From: Chrysomallon squamiferum
Lineage: Eukaryota; Animalia; Mollusca
DNA length: 64,000 bases
Direction: 5' to 3'
NCBI GenBank assembly: GCA_012295275.1
Contig: CM022666.1
Span: 15,376,001-15,440,000 of the forward strand
The position numbers were made by a program, and so were the translations under genes. Under the pieces are notes generated by a model. It made no database searches, was not told the DNA's origin, and worked only from the letters and a program-made list of their open reading frames with translations. This document shows positions 1 through 14,970 of the stretch, one piece after another; the first letter of the stretch is position 1; every line of letters starts with the position of its first letter.

Positions 1-659
1 GGTGTAGATGACAACAGATCCTGTCATGTGAATTATAAATCGAGCCTGTGCAATTTTTAATTTTATTTTATTATTATTAATTTTTTTTATTTTTTTATTT
101 TTTATTTTTTAACGTTAATTAGGTCGAGCTGTATTTGAAATAATATTTTGATATCCATGCCCAGAGTTCAATCTACGTGTGAATACCGAAAGAGGATTAG
201 TACATTTGTAACTTAATTGTAATTACATGCATAGGCACGAGCAGGAATGCATACTACTATACATTCTGATGATAAAGCACAAATGAATAATGAATGAATG
301 GATAAATGAATATTTAGCGCGTGCTGCCGTACGTAGTGTTATATATTTCGATGCACAAATGCATGAATGAATGAATATCTAGCTTCACCTATATACAGAA
401 TGTGACTCAACAAACAACACGCTGTTTTATAAAAACATATTAATAGTGATTGTCTATACGAGAATATAATTGAAGGAATATATAACGACTATAGCAAGTT
501 ACAAGTAAAATTACAGTGATAAAATCTTTCTTTATTGTTTTAATTTTTTTTTTTTTTTTTTTTTTGAATGGAAATAATAGAATAATATACCCATGTAGAA
601 TAATGTTTGAAAAAAAAAAAACACTTGGCAGGAATTTGTTGATTTGTGTTATTAATATC

Positions 660-920
660 ATTTCACTGAAGTACTACGACGTCACGGAAGTAGCTGACAT
701 CGAAGTAGTCTGACGTCATTGAAAAAAAGAACTTCGTTGACTATATCGACGTCATCAGTATTGGCCTACGTCACTGAATTACTCTGTCATAACTAAAGCA
801 GTCGGACAAAACTGAAATATACATGACTGGTGTACTTCGATGGTAGTGAAATAGACTGACCTCATTTGGTTAGAATGACGTCACTGAAGAAGGTCCAGTC
901 AAAATCAATTACGTCATCGA
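660..920. repeat. Degenerate ~20-bp array (TGACGTCACTGAAGTAGTC-like)
   Basis: Repeated gacgtca / ctgaagta motifs; perfect TGACGTCA at 711 and 876. Confidence 0.6.
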
Positions 921-2104
921 TGATTTTAATACTGAGCATCCGACCTATTACGACAAAAATAGAATATTGTTTTTGAATTTTATGTGTAAAGCAGTATGAT
1001 TAAAAGATGTTTGCTGCCGACTGAAAGGAATAATCCTTGCTGAGAGTTGAGGAGCTGTTTTTCTTTTCTTTTTCTTTTTCTTTTCTTTACCATGTTACCA
1101 TTTTATTAATTTTTTCACCTTTAATAACTGCAATGACGTATCGTTCATTGGTCTCTGCAGCTATGTTCGGAGTATCTAATTTCAATGTTAAAAGATTCTG
1201 ACGTTTGTAAGCGATAATCTTGTTCATATTTGTTCTTCATTTAAAACACGATGAAGACGATTATAGTAAATATTGTTCAGTTTGCTGTTCTGAACGGCAA
1301 AACGTGCACAATTATTTTCTTTGTTTGTCTTCAGATATTTTCTGTTCTTATACAATGAAAACCAATTTTTCTCTGCTTCTTATGCATTGATTTGGAGAAA
1401 CCAATATTATTTTCATAGTTAATCAAATAGGCGTATCTACTTTTTTTCATTTGTTCTTTCTTTCGATCTTTCTTAATTTTTTCCTTCTTTCCTTCATTCT
1501 TTCTGTTTCTCTTTTTTGTTATTCTTACTTTCTTTCTTCCACCTTTTCCTCATTCTTTATTTCTATCTTTCTTAATTTTTTCCTTCTTTCCTTCATTCTT
1601 TCTGTTTTCTTTTTTGTTATTCTTTTTTTGTTATTCTTAATTTTTTCTTTCTTTCTTCCTTTCCTTTTTGTTATTCTTACTTTCTTTCTTCCACCTTTTC
1701 CTCATTCTTTATTTCTATCTTTTTATCTTTCTTTTCTCGTTCATTTATTTAAAATAAATTTTCAAACGGCTCAGTAACGATATGTTCAGTTATATCTCCA
1801 AATCAGATGAAAAAACTTCTTAAAAACTTTAGACTAATAATTGTATTCCACCCGTTATGAATTCCACGCATTATTTCAGTGTTGTGATGTCCCCAGCAGG
1901 AAACTGGAATTACAAAATCTGCAGTCAAAACAAGATTACATTTAAAACCTCAACACAAAATCCACGGAACATAATCCTAAAATTAAACCTTCTTAGCTGT
2001 GCTAAAATTACGTATACTTATCTAAGTTTATATCTCGAAACTTTGAAATCTGCAAAACAAACATCGTCATGTCGGTCACAAAACACGTGACACAACACGT
2101 GACA

Positions 2105-2408
2105 GCTATGTAGCTCTATGGTGGGACATTCTCTCAAGGTGCTGTATGTCATGGGACTGATTCCTCTCGCTGGCTCGTTGGGACATTTCTCGTTCATCCC
2201 GTACTCCACTGTTAAAGAAACAAGGGTTCTTGTCTCCACTATCCTGTCTGTGGGTTGGATACATGTAAAAAATCTCTTGTTGCTAATCGAGAAGTGACAG
2301 CAGCGGGTTTCCTCTCTTGTTATCTGAGTTCTTCTTAGCCATAACTCGGACGCTAATGTAACTTTTAAATGAAATGTGTTGAATACTTCGTTAAAATGTT
2401 TCCTTCTT
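2105..2408 (+). mobile_element. Degenerate tRNA-derived SINE (resembles Meta/MESC-type mollusc SINEs)
   Basis: A-box-like TAGCTCTATGG and B-box-like GGGACTGATTCC; core ATCCTGTCTGTGGG...TTGCTAATCG...CAGCGGGTTTCCTCTC; aligns with the inverted copy at 61060-61372. Family name is from recall, not a search. Confidence 0.7.
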
Positions 2409-2859
2409 AATTCAATAACTACAGTGAGTTGTATACACAGTGTCTGGTTGTGACAGCCGTTCCATGGTTTAATAAGAGAACCTTTAAATAATGTGATTTT
2501 ATTTATTTATTTATTTATTTATTTATATATTTATTTATTTATTTTAGCAGTTTTGATTTTCTTCACCTATATGGTCAGCTGAACAATAAAAGAAAGACAG
2601 TAATGTTTTGTTAACGTATGATTTTTCAGTGTGAAAAACAAACAAAAAAAAATAAAATTAAAAAAAAAAAAAAAAAATTAAAGAAAGAAGAAAGGTTAAG
2701 AATAAAAAGTAAAAAATAAATATATAAATAAGTAAATAAATAGATAAATAAATAATAAATAATAATAATAATAGCAACAATAACAATAACAGTAATTATA
2801 ATTAGTGAAAGAATGAATGAATGAATAATAGTAATACTAACAGAAATTGAGAGAGAGCG

Positions 2860-2971
<112 letters not shown>

Positions 2972-3954
2972 AAATGGTAGCTATGGACATTTTGCCTAGG
3001 CTCAGTAGTTGTAGAATTTTGCTTTGGCATATCGAATGCGTGTCTTCTCCCATCACAAAACATGTATGTGTGTGTGTGTGCATACATGTGTATGTTTTTA
3101 ATCCATGTATATGTATGTAGCAGTTAATAAAAATGTGTAAAAGTTACACTGCTACATATTTATCACAAAACCAAATAATTACAGTATTTTTAAATGAAAC
3201 GATAATCGCGAAATCCAATAGCAATCTTAATAGAAACAATAATTTTTATAAAGAGCAATTCGATGTAAACAAAATACCATAAAAGACTGAGTAAGCTAGT
3301 AATAATAACTGTAGTAGTAGTTTCATCTTGGAACAATAACTGTAATTTTCTTTTTCTTCTCCAGTGTTACAGACAACAATAACAACAACAATAACAACAA
3401 CAAATTGTTTCTATTTTTATTCCAGTGAAAGTTATGGCTGATAATATTCTCCCGTTTTTCTGAAAAAATAAAAGAAATAAAAGAAATAAACAAACAAATA
3501 TACAAATAAATCAATCAATCAATCAAAGAGAAAAAGAGAAAAATAACACTTTTGTTTTTTTGTTTTTTGGAGAAAACTATAAAATGCAGACTTCAATCAT
3601 TTTATGTTACTGCTAATTTTTTTCTTCAGATTCGTCCTTTGTTGAGATCTCATTTACCTCACAGAAAATGTCTCTAAGTGCCTCAAAATTGAAAGGCTTT
3701 TTCTCTGGGTATTTTAAAATGTGGAACGCCTAATTATAATCTGATTTCTATAATTCAGACTGAATTTTGTTGGGAATGAAAAGACCCGTGTTAAGAGAGA
3801 TAACAAGACGTACTTCAAACCACAAATGTGGTTGGATGAATTGACTGGGTTGGTTGGGGTGAGATAATCCAGTGACTGAGCTGACCTGCAGGGCAAGAAA
3901 CAGTTCACTTGACAAACCTATTCTGCCAGTGCAATATGCTTATAAAATTAAAAA

Positions 3955-4142
3955 TATTTCTCAAGGGAACTTTTCAAGTTCTCGAGGATTATTCAGTTTC
4001 CGCGTTCAGCTATTTGATGTTAACACATTTCTACACGTGTTTTTTATCAGGTCCAATCCTAACAGCTTTTACTGTTCATTTCTTTCAGCTTGATTGTATT
4101 ATTTATTTGTTTGTTTATTTATTATATTTATTTATTTATTTA

Positions 4143-4210
<68 letters not shown>

Positions 4211-4221
4211 TTATTATTTAC

Positions 4222-4252
<31 letters not shown>

Positions 4253-4344
4253 TTTTTTTTTATTTTTTATTTTTACTCAGAAGAAAAACTTTTATGAAAA
4301 CTTGTGCAATTTATTCACCAAAATAAACTGAAACGTAGGCTAAA
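3955..4344 (+). repeat. Dispersed repeat family A, copy 1 (internal ATT microsatellite)
   Basis: tttctcaagg...ctcgaggattattcagtttccgc...aaactgaaacgtaggctaaa is shared with the reverse complement of 14971-15450; weaker homology 3620-3720 versus 15505-15600. Confidence 0.85.
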
Positions 4345-4535
4345 GACAGTTTGTTCTGTTTTATATAAGAAAGAAGTGAAACATCATTTTGAATAGAAAC
4401 AGATGATCGATCTGATGGGTGCTGATTTCTGGCTACTGATGCGATTGGGAAGCTGCAAGGCAGAAAAAAACGAAACCATGACTATTTTCTGTCGCGTAGG
4501 AACCAAACGTAATGAGTGAGTGAAATGGCATAATC

Positions 4536-4569
<34 letters not shown>

Positions 4570-5353
4570 ACTTTAATAAAATAAAATAAAAATACTATTA
4601 TAAAAAATAAATAAATAAATAAACAAAATAAATCAAATCAAATCAAATCAAATCAAATCAAATCAAATACAACAACATGAACAAAAAAAAAAAAAAAAAG
4701 AAATCATCAAAATCACCTGTTAACGCCAGTGGTATGACAAGGAATTTTCAGCTGATTCAGTCTTTGCTAGCAGCTACGCAGTACAGGAGGCTGTATGTTG
4801 TAGTAGACGACGTATCAGTACCAGGCTCTTTTAACACTGATGGTGTAGTAACACAAGTTGCAGGAATAGTAATAACAGTATTAATAATTGCTGGCCGTAT
4901 TAATAGAACTAGCAGTAGTAGTAGTTGCAATACTAGTTAGTAGTAGTTGTAGCAGTAGTAGTAGTTGTTGTTTTAATAGCAGTAGTAATAGCTGTAATAG
5001 TAGTTAGTAGTAGTCGTAGCAGTAGTAGTAGTTGTAATAGTAGTTAGTAGTAGTCGTAGCAGTAGTAGTAGTTGTAATAGCAGTTAGTAGTAGTTGTAGC
5101 AGTAGCAGTTGTAGTTATAACAGTAGTAGTAATAGTAGATGTGGATATAGTAGCGGCAATAAAAGTAATTGTAGTAGTAATATTAGTAGCAATGGTAACA
5201 ATAATATTGCAATAGCAGCAATAGTGTTAGTATTAGTAACAGTAGTAACAGTACTAGTATCAGTAGAAATAATAGTGACAACATTTCCACTATAATGTTG
5301 TATTTTACTGTTTATGATTTTACTTGTTACAGTTGACAGCAATTAAAACAGAA

Positions 5354-5451
<98 letters not shown>

Positions 5452-5785
5452 CTCCATGTATGGTACATCACGTCAGTTTAGCCGCTTAACACATTAGCCA
5501 AAAGCTGCTTACGCCACTTTGGTACAAAAAAAAAAAAAAAAAAAAAAAAAGAACAAAAACGAAACCGTCGTTGTTTGCTTTGTTGTCAGGATTTATTGAT
5601 TTCAGTTAAAATTTGACACTTCATTTGTACGAAGTTGATAAAAAAAAAAACGTTTTTTAAAAATTCTTTTAATATTTCACCTTTCATTTCAGTCTATTAT
5701 TCTGACTGACAACTTTAGCTGGCAAACTTAAGATGGCCGACAATGAACCGGAAATCCTTTTATTCGAGATCGCTTACGTTTGACG

Positions 5786-5816
<31 letters not shown>

Positions 5817-6078
5817 TTGGCATAATAAAATGATCTTACTGGATGTATTCGAGAAATTCTAAAGACTAAACATGGTGATTTTGAAAATTAAGAGAAAAAA
5901 AGGCGAATATTTAAAAAAATATATTGTGAGATCTGTTTTAGAAAGACTGGTGTAGGATGGGTTGAAAGAAATAGTCAAACAACAACAACAATCTTAATGA
6001 TGGTTTTTATAATGATGATAATTATGGTGATGATGACCACGATAATAATGATGATAAAACAAGACGACGACGACGACG

Positions 6079-6162
<84 letters not shown>

Positions 6163-6752
6163 TAAGATTTATTTTCTAGCCTAAATACATTTACAGCATA
6201 AATAAATAAACATTATCGAAATGATAATAAAAGTTATTTCTAGATCATTATTTATTCAAATTATATTCCAGTTTCGGACCCAAAGTGTGACCAACCCCCC
6301 CCAAAAAAAACAAAACAACAACAACAAACAAACAAAAAAAATTACATATCGTAGAATAGATATATATTTTCAATGATCCCACTGTAAACTTCGCGTGAAA
6401 TAAGGTCACGGTCGACAACAGGTTTAACCTAGTTTTACACACCATAAAGTCAAAAGCGGTGCACACGCTAATCGGTGGAGGAAATGTCAAATTAAATTTG
6501 ACCAATTTAAAACTCGTTTTAGCGACTCGGAGCGCTGACCAGATCAGTGTTAATCGGAGCGAGAGCGAGCGAATCCGATTAGGAATTATAAAAGTGATTC
6601 GGGAGATTTCGTCGATTTCTCGAGGTAAGTTGTACTAATGACCCTTTTGTAGAGTGAGGTCTGGGGTCCGAATTAAGATGATGTTTACATCCTCTGTAAA
6701 TCTCAAGACAGACGTAACTTGATAATATATACAGAGCAAATAAATCATCTTT

Positions 6753-6814
<62 letters not shown>

Positions 6815-7475
6815 CAACAACAATAACATTATTATTATTATTATTGTTATTATTTATTATTATTATTATTATTATTTTTATTATCGTATTTATTGTTTCT
6901 GTTGTTGACAGCGAGTGAAGGAATAATAATATTATTGAAATTAACCATTACTATTATTATTACTACTACAACAACAACAGCTACTACTATCTCCACTACT
7001 GCTATCATTATCACTAATACTACTGATATTACTAAAATTATCATTCTGCTAAGATAACACTGAGACCAAATGCTACTACTATTACCACCCCTACTTCTGC
7101 TATTGCTACTACAACTACTACTACTTCTACTACTACTACTGCTACTACTACTACTACTATTGCTACTACAACTACTACTACTGCTGCTGCTGCTACTACT
7201 GCTGCTGCTACTACTTTTACTACTACTACTGCTACTGCTCTCGCACAACTATTACTAGTGGTATTATTACTATTACTGTTTATACTACAAAACTGTTGTA
7301 AAGGAAAATTAAGGAAAGAACCGAAAATTGTAAACTTTAAAGATACAAGTAATATCTCAGTGAGAATAAAAAGAAGGTGCGGAAGGGGGAGGGGGGCGGT
7401 GATGTAAATTGCCAGAAAACAGTAAAAAACAAATCCGACAGTTTTTGAAGAAAAGAGACAAAAAGGATTGCAAAG

Positions 7476-7514
<39 letters not shown>

Positions 7515-9002
7515 AAAAAAAAAATTAATAATAATCTCCCCCCAATAACAAGAAAAAAAAAAAAAAAAAAAAAATAATAATCTACAACAAATAAACAAAA
7601 AATAAAATAAAATAAAAAAATAAAATAAAAAAATAAAAATAAAAATGGCTACGCAAGGTTGATCTAAATTTGATTCGAGAAAAGGAAGCGGTTTCGCCTG
7701 CGGTTTTTGGAGGTTTTCGCAATACAAGTTTTCTATTTTTAGACGCGCGCTCCGCAGTTCCTCACGTGAAAAATGTATGTTTTCAAAGGCTTCACAAAAA
7801 TTAATGAAATAAAAAGGATTTTAATCAAATAGCGACAAGTACGGAATCAATAAATCCCTCTTTAAACCAGTATAATTAATCTGGCTTGGCGTTCCTGGTC
7901 GACTGGATTATATTTTTTGAAAGAAGCAGATGCTGAAAGACATTTTGAATTAATTTAAGAAATAAGCAGAAACAACAACAGAACGGTAGTTGCAGAAGTA
8001 CATTTCTGAAAAAAAAAATGATGATAACATATATATATAAAATGTATAATATAAATAATAAAACAATAAAAAAAATAAATAAAGCAAAAAAATTGAAATT
8101 ACAAATAAAATCTCTTGCTACATAAAATAACAGATTTTTACAGTAAACATGAAATAAATGATTTCAAAATAATTTTCATAAAATAACCTATATTTATTTA
8201 TGTATTTATTTATTTATACACGAAAACAAAATCAGTTACTGTTATAATTACTACTACTGCTAATATTATTTTGTAACAAAACTATTACCACTATCACTAC
8301 TACTATTGCTGAAACTACTGATACTGCTGCTGATACTACTACTACTGCTATTACTACTACCTACTTCTATTACAACTACTATTACTACTACTACAACAAA
8401 ATACTACTACTACTACTACTATTTCTACTACAAACACCACCCGTTCTACCATTACTATACTACACTCACTACCACTACTACTTCTAAAATTCTGCTACTA
8501 TGACAACTACTACTACAAAAAAAAATACAACTCTCTTTCATTCATTCATTCATTCATTCATTATCTCATTCATCCATTAACTGCAAGACAGAAAGAGAGA
8601 CAAGGGCGAAACGTTTTAAGACGAAGCGACCGGTTTTTGTCGCTCGCGTTAAAATCATTTTCATTTTTTTTTCTTCGCGAGAATGAACAGAACGACCTCG
8701 TCACTCGTCAAAGAGAGAAAATCAACGGCTACAGCAACAGCTTTGGTTGTCTGTGAACCGGTTCGTACTTAGTGCAATCCGTTTGAAGTGAAGATGCGCT
8801 AAAATGTTTTAACACTTGCACGAAGTAAGACGATTACGAATTCAGCGCTGGTCATCGGATCAGGCGATGTGGTCAAAATGTCACAGGGATCAAAACTGTC
8901 CTACACCGGTTTCTTAAAGCATTCCTTTTGCATCTTCGAAACTTTGTTTCCCGTTTATCAATAGTATTAATATCGGAATACTTGTACATGTAGTAGTAGT
9001 AA

Positions 9003-9034
<32 letters not shown>

Positions 9035-9720
9035 CTAGTAGTAGTAGTTGCAGTAGTAGTTGCAGTCACAGTGGAGGAAGTAGTAGTGGTGGTATTCATG
9101 CCATTGGCAATAGTAACAGCAGTAATAACAGAAGTAATAGTAGCTGAATAATAGTAATAGCAGCTGTGGTTACAGTAGTAGTAATAATGATAATAACATG
9201 AGCAGCAGAAGTAGCTGTAACAGTATTTGTGGCATTTGTAGTAATAGTAGCAGTAATAGACGTAGTAGTAAAAGCAGCAGCATATTTATGGTAATAGCAA
9301 CAGAAGTAGTAATAGTGGTTCTAGCAGCAGCTGCAGCAGTCTGTGTGGCAGTAGTGGTAATTGTGACGGAGTTGTAGTAATAGTAGAAGTAAAGACAATG
9401 ACGACAAGTTAATCATGATTATAGTAGAAGTCATGTAGGCAGATGTAATTCTTGTTGTTTGTTAACATCCAGTAACCAAGATTTCCTTGTTCTTGGATAT
9501 CATTTAATATTATTGTATTCATTAATTAATATTTTTTAAAAGGTTTGATAAAATGACTAAGTTAATATATTTATTTACAGGAAATATGTATATTTATTGA
9601 AAATTTCTGAAAATATTTGAAATCACAGAACTGAAATTAATGTGGTCAGAGTTGGTGATGCATCATGGGAATCCTGAGCATCAACAAAATCAACTGTCCA
9701 TAGAAACAGAAACGTATGAC

Positions 9721-10100
9721 ATTAAGGACGCGCTTATTTGTTAGTTAGAAGATAACAAAATAACTGAATGGACTGTTGGATACATTAAGAACAAGCTTAT
9801 TTGTTAGTGAGAAGATAACAATATAACTGAATGGACTGTTGGATACATTAAGAACAAGCTTATTTGTTAGTGAGAAGATAACAATTTAACTGAATGGACT
9901 GTTGGATACATTAAGAACAAGCTTATTTGTTAGTTAGAAGATAACAATATAACTGAATGGACTGTTGGATCAGATGGGTTCATTAAGAACAAGTGTTATT
10001 TGTTTGTTAGAAGTCATCATCTAACCTCCAACATAACAATCATAACTCCAAATGGACTGTTGTAATCCAAATTAAGGACATGCCGAAATTTGTTAGTTAA
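9721..10100. repeat. 63-bp minisatellite: 4 near-perfect copies plus 2 degenerate ones
   Basis: Unit ATTAAGAACAAGCTTATTTGTTAGTGAGAAGATAACAATATAACTGAATGGACTGTTGGATAC starts at 9721, 9784, 9847 and 9910. Confidence 0.93.
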
Positions 10101-10448
10101 AGATGTTATCCATATTTTATGATTTATACATATTTTCTGAAATTTTCAGATTTTAACATATAAAGCACTGTAATTTTCTAAAATTATATTTCCAAATGTT
10201 CAGTCGATTTAATTCGTATAGATTAATCTGCAGTAAAAAAAGATGTTCGAGGTATATAAATGTTTCGTTGTTTATGCTGTAAAATGAGCTGACGTTTATC
10301 AAAGAAATCTTTTCATTTTAGTTCAGTACGATTTTGAATGTCGAACATCGGTCAGAACTTGTAAGAAATCAGGTCACACGAAGATAGGAAAACTGAATAG
10401 TAAGTTCGTCAAATACATGCATACATATACTACTATTATTACTGCTAT

Positions 10449-10510
<62 letters not shown>

Positions 10511-10601
10511 TTATTAATACTACTGATGCTGCTGCTACTGCTGCTTACACTATTCTTATCATCATCAATAAAATTAACACATATATCATCAGTAAGACCT
10601 T

Positions 10602-10638
<37 letters not shown>

Positions 10639-11265
10639 GTTGCTGCTGCTGCTGCTGCTACTACTGCTACTACTACTAATATCATTACTACTACTACTAC
10701 AACATTTGACAAATTATTTTTTATATAATTTTATTATTGAATTAAAAGTTGAAAAGAAAATCAAGAACGTAAAGTTTTCCCTTCCTTCTGTTTATTTTGT
10801 TGTCTTTTTTTTTTCGTTCCTTCTTCTTCTACTCTTTATGATTATTATTATTTTTATAATTATTATTATTTTAATACATCGCGGATATGCGTCATGTCTG
10901 ACTCTATCATTACAACGTCGTCCTGACGCGTAAATCCTTGTTGAGCTTTACTTTTATGAGCAGACGACCTCGACATCTGCAGCAGATCGTAAAATGGCCT
11001 CAATTATCTAGTCACCGGGAACATCTTGAAGAGCTTAACGAGACTAGAGCTGTCTCGAGAATAACGTTCTAATCAACATGAGCGAGATTTTTACGTGGCT
11101 CAGCCTCGATTATCAAATAAATCTTTGTGTCGCAGTCCCCACGAGCTATTCGACATTTACAAATCGATACTTCTGTCCCTCAAGTTACAAACCAAACGAA
11201 GGCGGAACAAGGCGTCTCTTTCTCGTTGATTTAAACAAAGAAGAAAAGTAAATAGAATATAATAT

Positions 11266-11296
<31 letters not shown>

Positions 11297-11297
11297 A

Positions 11298-11351
<54 letters not shown>

Positions 11352-11749
11352 GTAAATATTATGATGTAGGCTAAAAGCAAAGATCAGTGTTGATATGTGA
11401 TATTTTTTTGCCTTCCTCATTATTAGATTAAAGATTTTAAAATAGGCCAAAAAAAATAAAAAAAATAAAATAAAATAAAATAAAATAAAATAAACTAAAA
11501 AAAAAAAAAATAATAAAAGAAGCAGTAAAAGAAGCAAACAAAAAAACAAATACAAAACAACAACAACAACAAAAAAAGATGTATTGTCATTATTTTCTGA
11601 TTGCAAAAACATCGGACAAAACTTGGTAACTGTTTGGGTTTATGGTTCCATTCATTTCAGCTAACCGTTTATTTCATTTTTCTTCTATTCTTCTCCTTCA
11701 TTATTTCTTTCTTTTCGTTTTCTTTCTTTTTTCTTCTATTTCCTATCTT

Positions 11750-11780
<31 letters not shown>

Positions 11781-12150
11781 TTGTCCATTTTCTTTTCATC
11801 ATCTCAGTATTCAGCCTTGTACGTCCATCAGTACAATTATGTCGTCTGTCTCCGGTCGCCATTAATCCCTTTCAAAATCTTACGTCTTAAAAACTAAAAC
11901 ACTTCAAAATGTTGTCAAAACAGCGTAACAACAAGACAGTAAAATGTGAGAATAACGTCCCCGCGTGAGCTGAAGTCTGTGTTTATTTGACAAATGACCT
12001 TCTTATAAAATGAAATTTTCATTTATTTAATCCACTGGGCAGAGTTATTTAACTCTCTTCAACAACAGCAGCAGAGTCTGGTAAGTAGGCTAAGTCCGTA
12101 AATCCTAATTTTATTAGATGTGAGAATTTATAAAGATAAATGTACGTAAA

Positions 12151-12151
<1 letters not shown>

Positions 12152-12192
<41 letters not shown>

Positions 12193-12255
12193 GTAGTAGT
12201 AGTAGTAGTAGTAGTAATAATAATAAAAGTAATAATAATAATAATAATAATAATA

Positions 12256-12303
<48 letters not shown>

Positions 12304-12315
12304 GTAGTAGTAGTA

Positions 12316-12366
<51 letters not shown>

Positions 12367-12378
12367 GTAGTAGTAGTA

Positions 12379-12435
<57 letters not shown>

Positions 12436-12755
12436 TGTAATAATAACGACAACAACAACAACAATAATAATCATTAATAATAATAATAATAATGATTAAT
12501 AATAATAATAATAATAATAGCAACAACAACAATACTAATAATAATGATTGCAACGACAACAACAACAACAACAATAATAATAATAACAATAATAACAATA
12601 ACAGCAGCAGCAGCAACAATAACAGTGATGATAACGACGACGTTAACAAGAATAACACTATTGATGATGATGATTATGACAGAGATAATAATAAAGATGA
12701 TGTTAATAATCATCATTATTACAATGATGATGTGATGATGATATAATAATAATGA
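12152..12755. repeat. (AAT/AGT/AAC/GAT)n trinucleotide microsatellite complex
   Basis: Directly visible; source of the poly-Y/I/L/N pseudo-ORFs. Confidence 0.96.
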
Positions 12756-13255
12756 CTGTGATACACCTTCATATACATATAGACACAATCATATGTACAC
12801 ACGTTATTCTTCTTACTTTTAGACTTTCATGATTTTCCATTAATAACAATGTAACACACTTATACTGACAATTATCACCTAGTACATTTAACTCTAAAAC
12901 AGTCTGCGAGTGACGTTTTAGTGACGTCTGAATGACGTTGAATGACGCAGAATCGTCAGTAAATAAAAATACGACAAAACTGAATACGTCAGTGAACTGT
13001 TTGCTAGTTAATTATGAAACGTGTTTTTCCGTTTAATACCCAGTACGCGAATTTTGAATGACAGCTTATCATTAAACTTCATCAAACAAAATATTTAAAC
13101 GAAGAAGTAAAAAAAAAAAAAAATAAAAAAAAAAAAAAAAATAAAAAAAAAAATAAAATAATAAAAAAATAAAATAAAAAATAATAATAATAAAAAAATG
13201 AAAATAATAATAATAATAACAAATAAAATAAAATAAAATAAATGAAAATAATAAA

Positions 13256-13298
<43 letters not shown>

Positions 13299-14141
13299 TA
13301 AAATTAAACAAATAAATGATTATGGTGATGTTAAAATGGTTTAGATAAATACAAAAAATAAAATAAAATAAACAACAACAACAAAAAACCCAACCAAACA
13401 ACAAACAACAACAAACAACAACAAACAACAACAAACAACAACAAAACAACAACAAACAAACAAATTAAATTACAAATGAATGAACAAATAAATAAATCTT
13501 CACTCACAACGTTTTTCTGGAAAACAGTAAAACAGATAAAAATAGCTTTGTGACTTCTTTAACAAAACAAATAAATGACGTCACGATATTGTTTACGTCA
13601 TAGACATGAAACGTTTCGCAAACTCCAAAAATTACTTTTACGAATTTGATATTTTAACAGCGATAAAAGTAAATTCGGAAAGTTAATTTGGTAACTCTTT
13701 TAATTTATTTAGTTATTCGTTTGTATGTTTGTTTATTTATTTACTTATTTATTTGATTCTTCTACTTCTTGTTTTTAATGTTTTTTATGTATGCGTGTTT
13801 GTGTGTGTATCTTTATGTGCGTATGTATGTATGTATGCACGTACGTATATTTGTGTGTATAAGAATAGCATCTAAGAATCTCTCTATTATACGTACGATC
13901 GTATATTGCATCTATTTGTCTATCCATATGTCTACGTCTTTATACGTTATATAACCAAACCATTTGACTGTCAAATCACGCTGTTCTGTTTTTAATTATA
14001 TATGTGCTGGTGTCCTAGTTAGAATCTGTTATGCAAAAGTTAAAATCGATATAACCTATTTTTGTTGAAAAGTCAAAAGCAGATGCACGTTTATCATAGT
14101 ATTTGTGAAAAACAAAATTAATTATGTCTGTCTTGTCTGTC

Positions 14142-14274
<133 letters not shown>

Positions 14275-14970
14275 ACTCGATACAGATACACTTTTGTTCA
14301 AAGGAGCATACACTGAGTTTGTTTTCGTTTTGACGAAAGAGTGCGAATTTTTGTTATTTTTAAAACAAATAATAATAATAATAATCATGCCATTTCATGC
14401 ACAGACACGGCTTGACGTGCATTCCTTCGCGTTGGAAAATACACAAAATTTCGTTTCTGATTCCCACGGTTTCCCCAGTCGCACAGTTAGTCTCATCTGA
14501 ACGTGCAAAGATTTCCCTTCAAAACGATGTTTTTTTTGTATATCGAGCCAATTTTGTTTCGTAACCTTAGATTCTGATTTGAAAATTCTCTATCTTTTCG
14601 CCGACAAAATCCCCGATCAAGTATAATTTCTGCTCTTTGAACGCCGGTCACTCGCTGGTCAGAAAAAAACTTCGACATCGATCTACTAAGACGGAGGATG
14701 GAGGAAACAGCGATCGACGAATTTTTACTAAGAGAGTAACTGAAAATAACACAAACAAGCGATACATGAATAATAATAACAATAATAATGATAATAATAA
14801 TAATATTAATTGAATTATTATTATTATTGTTGTTGTTATTATTATTATTATCTCCAGCTGTTAAACGATACTCATATTTCTTCATGAGGAAGTTGTTGTT
14901 AGCGATTTCAAGGGAGATAATTTGTAATTGCTGTGTTTGCGGGTTTTAGTCAATTTCAGTTTGGTCTGAT

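Noticed and set aside
2105-2180. Possible tRNA gene
   Set aside because: Only degenerate A/B boxes with no cloverleaf; it continues into a SINE body.
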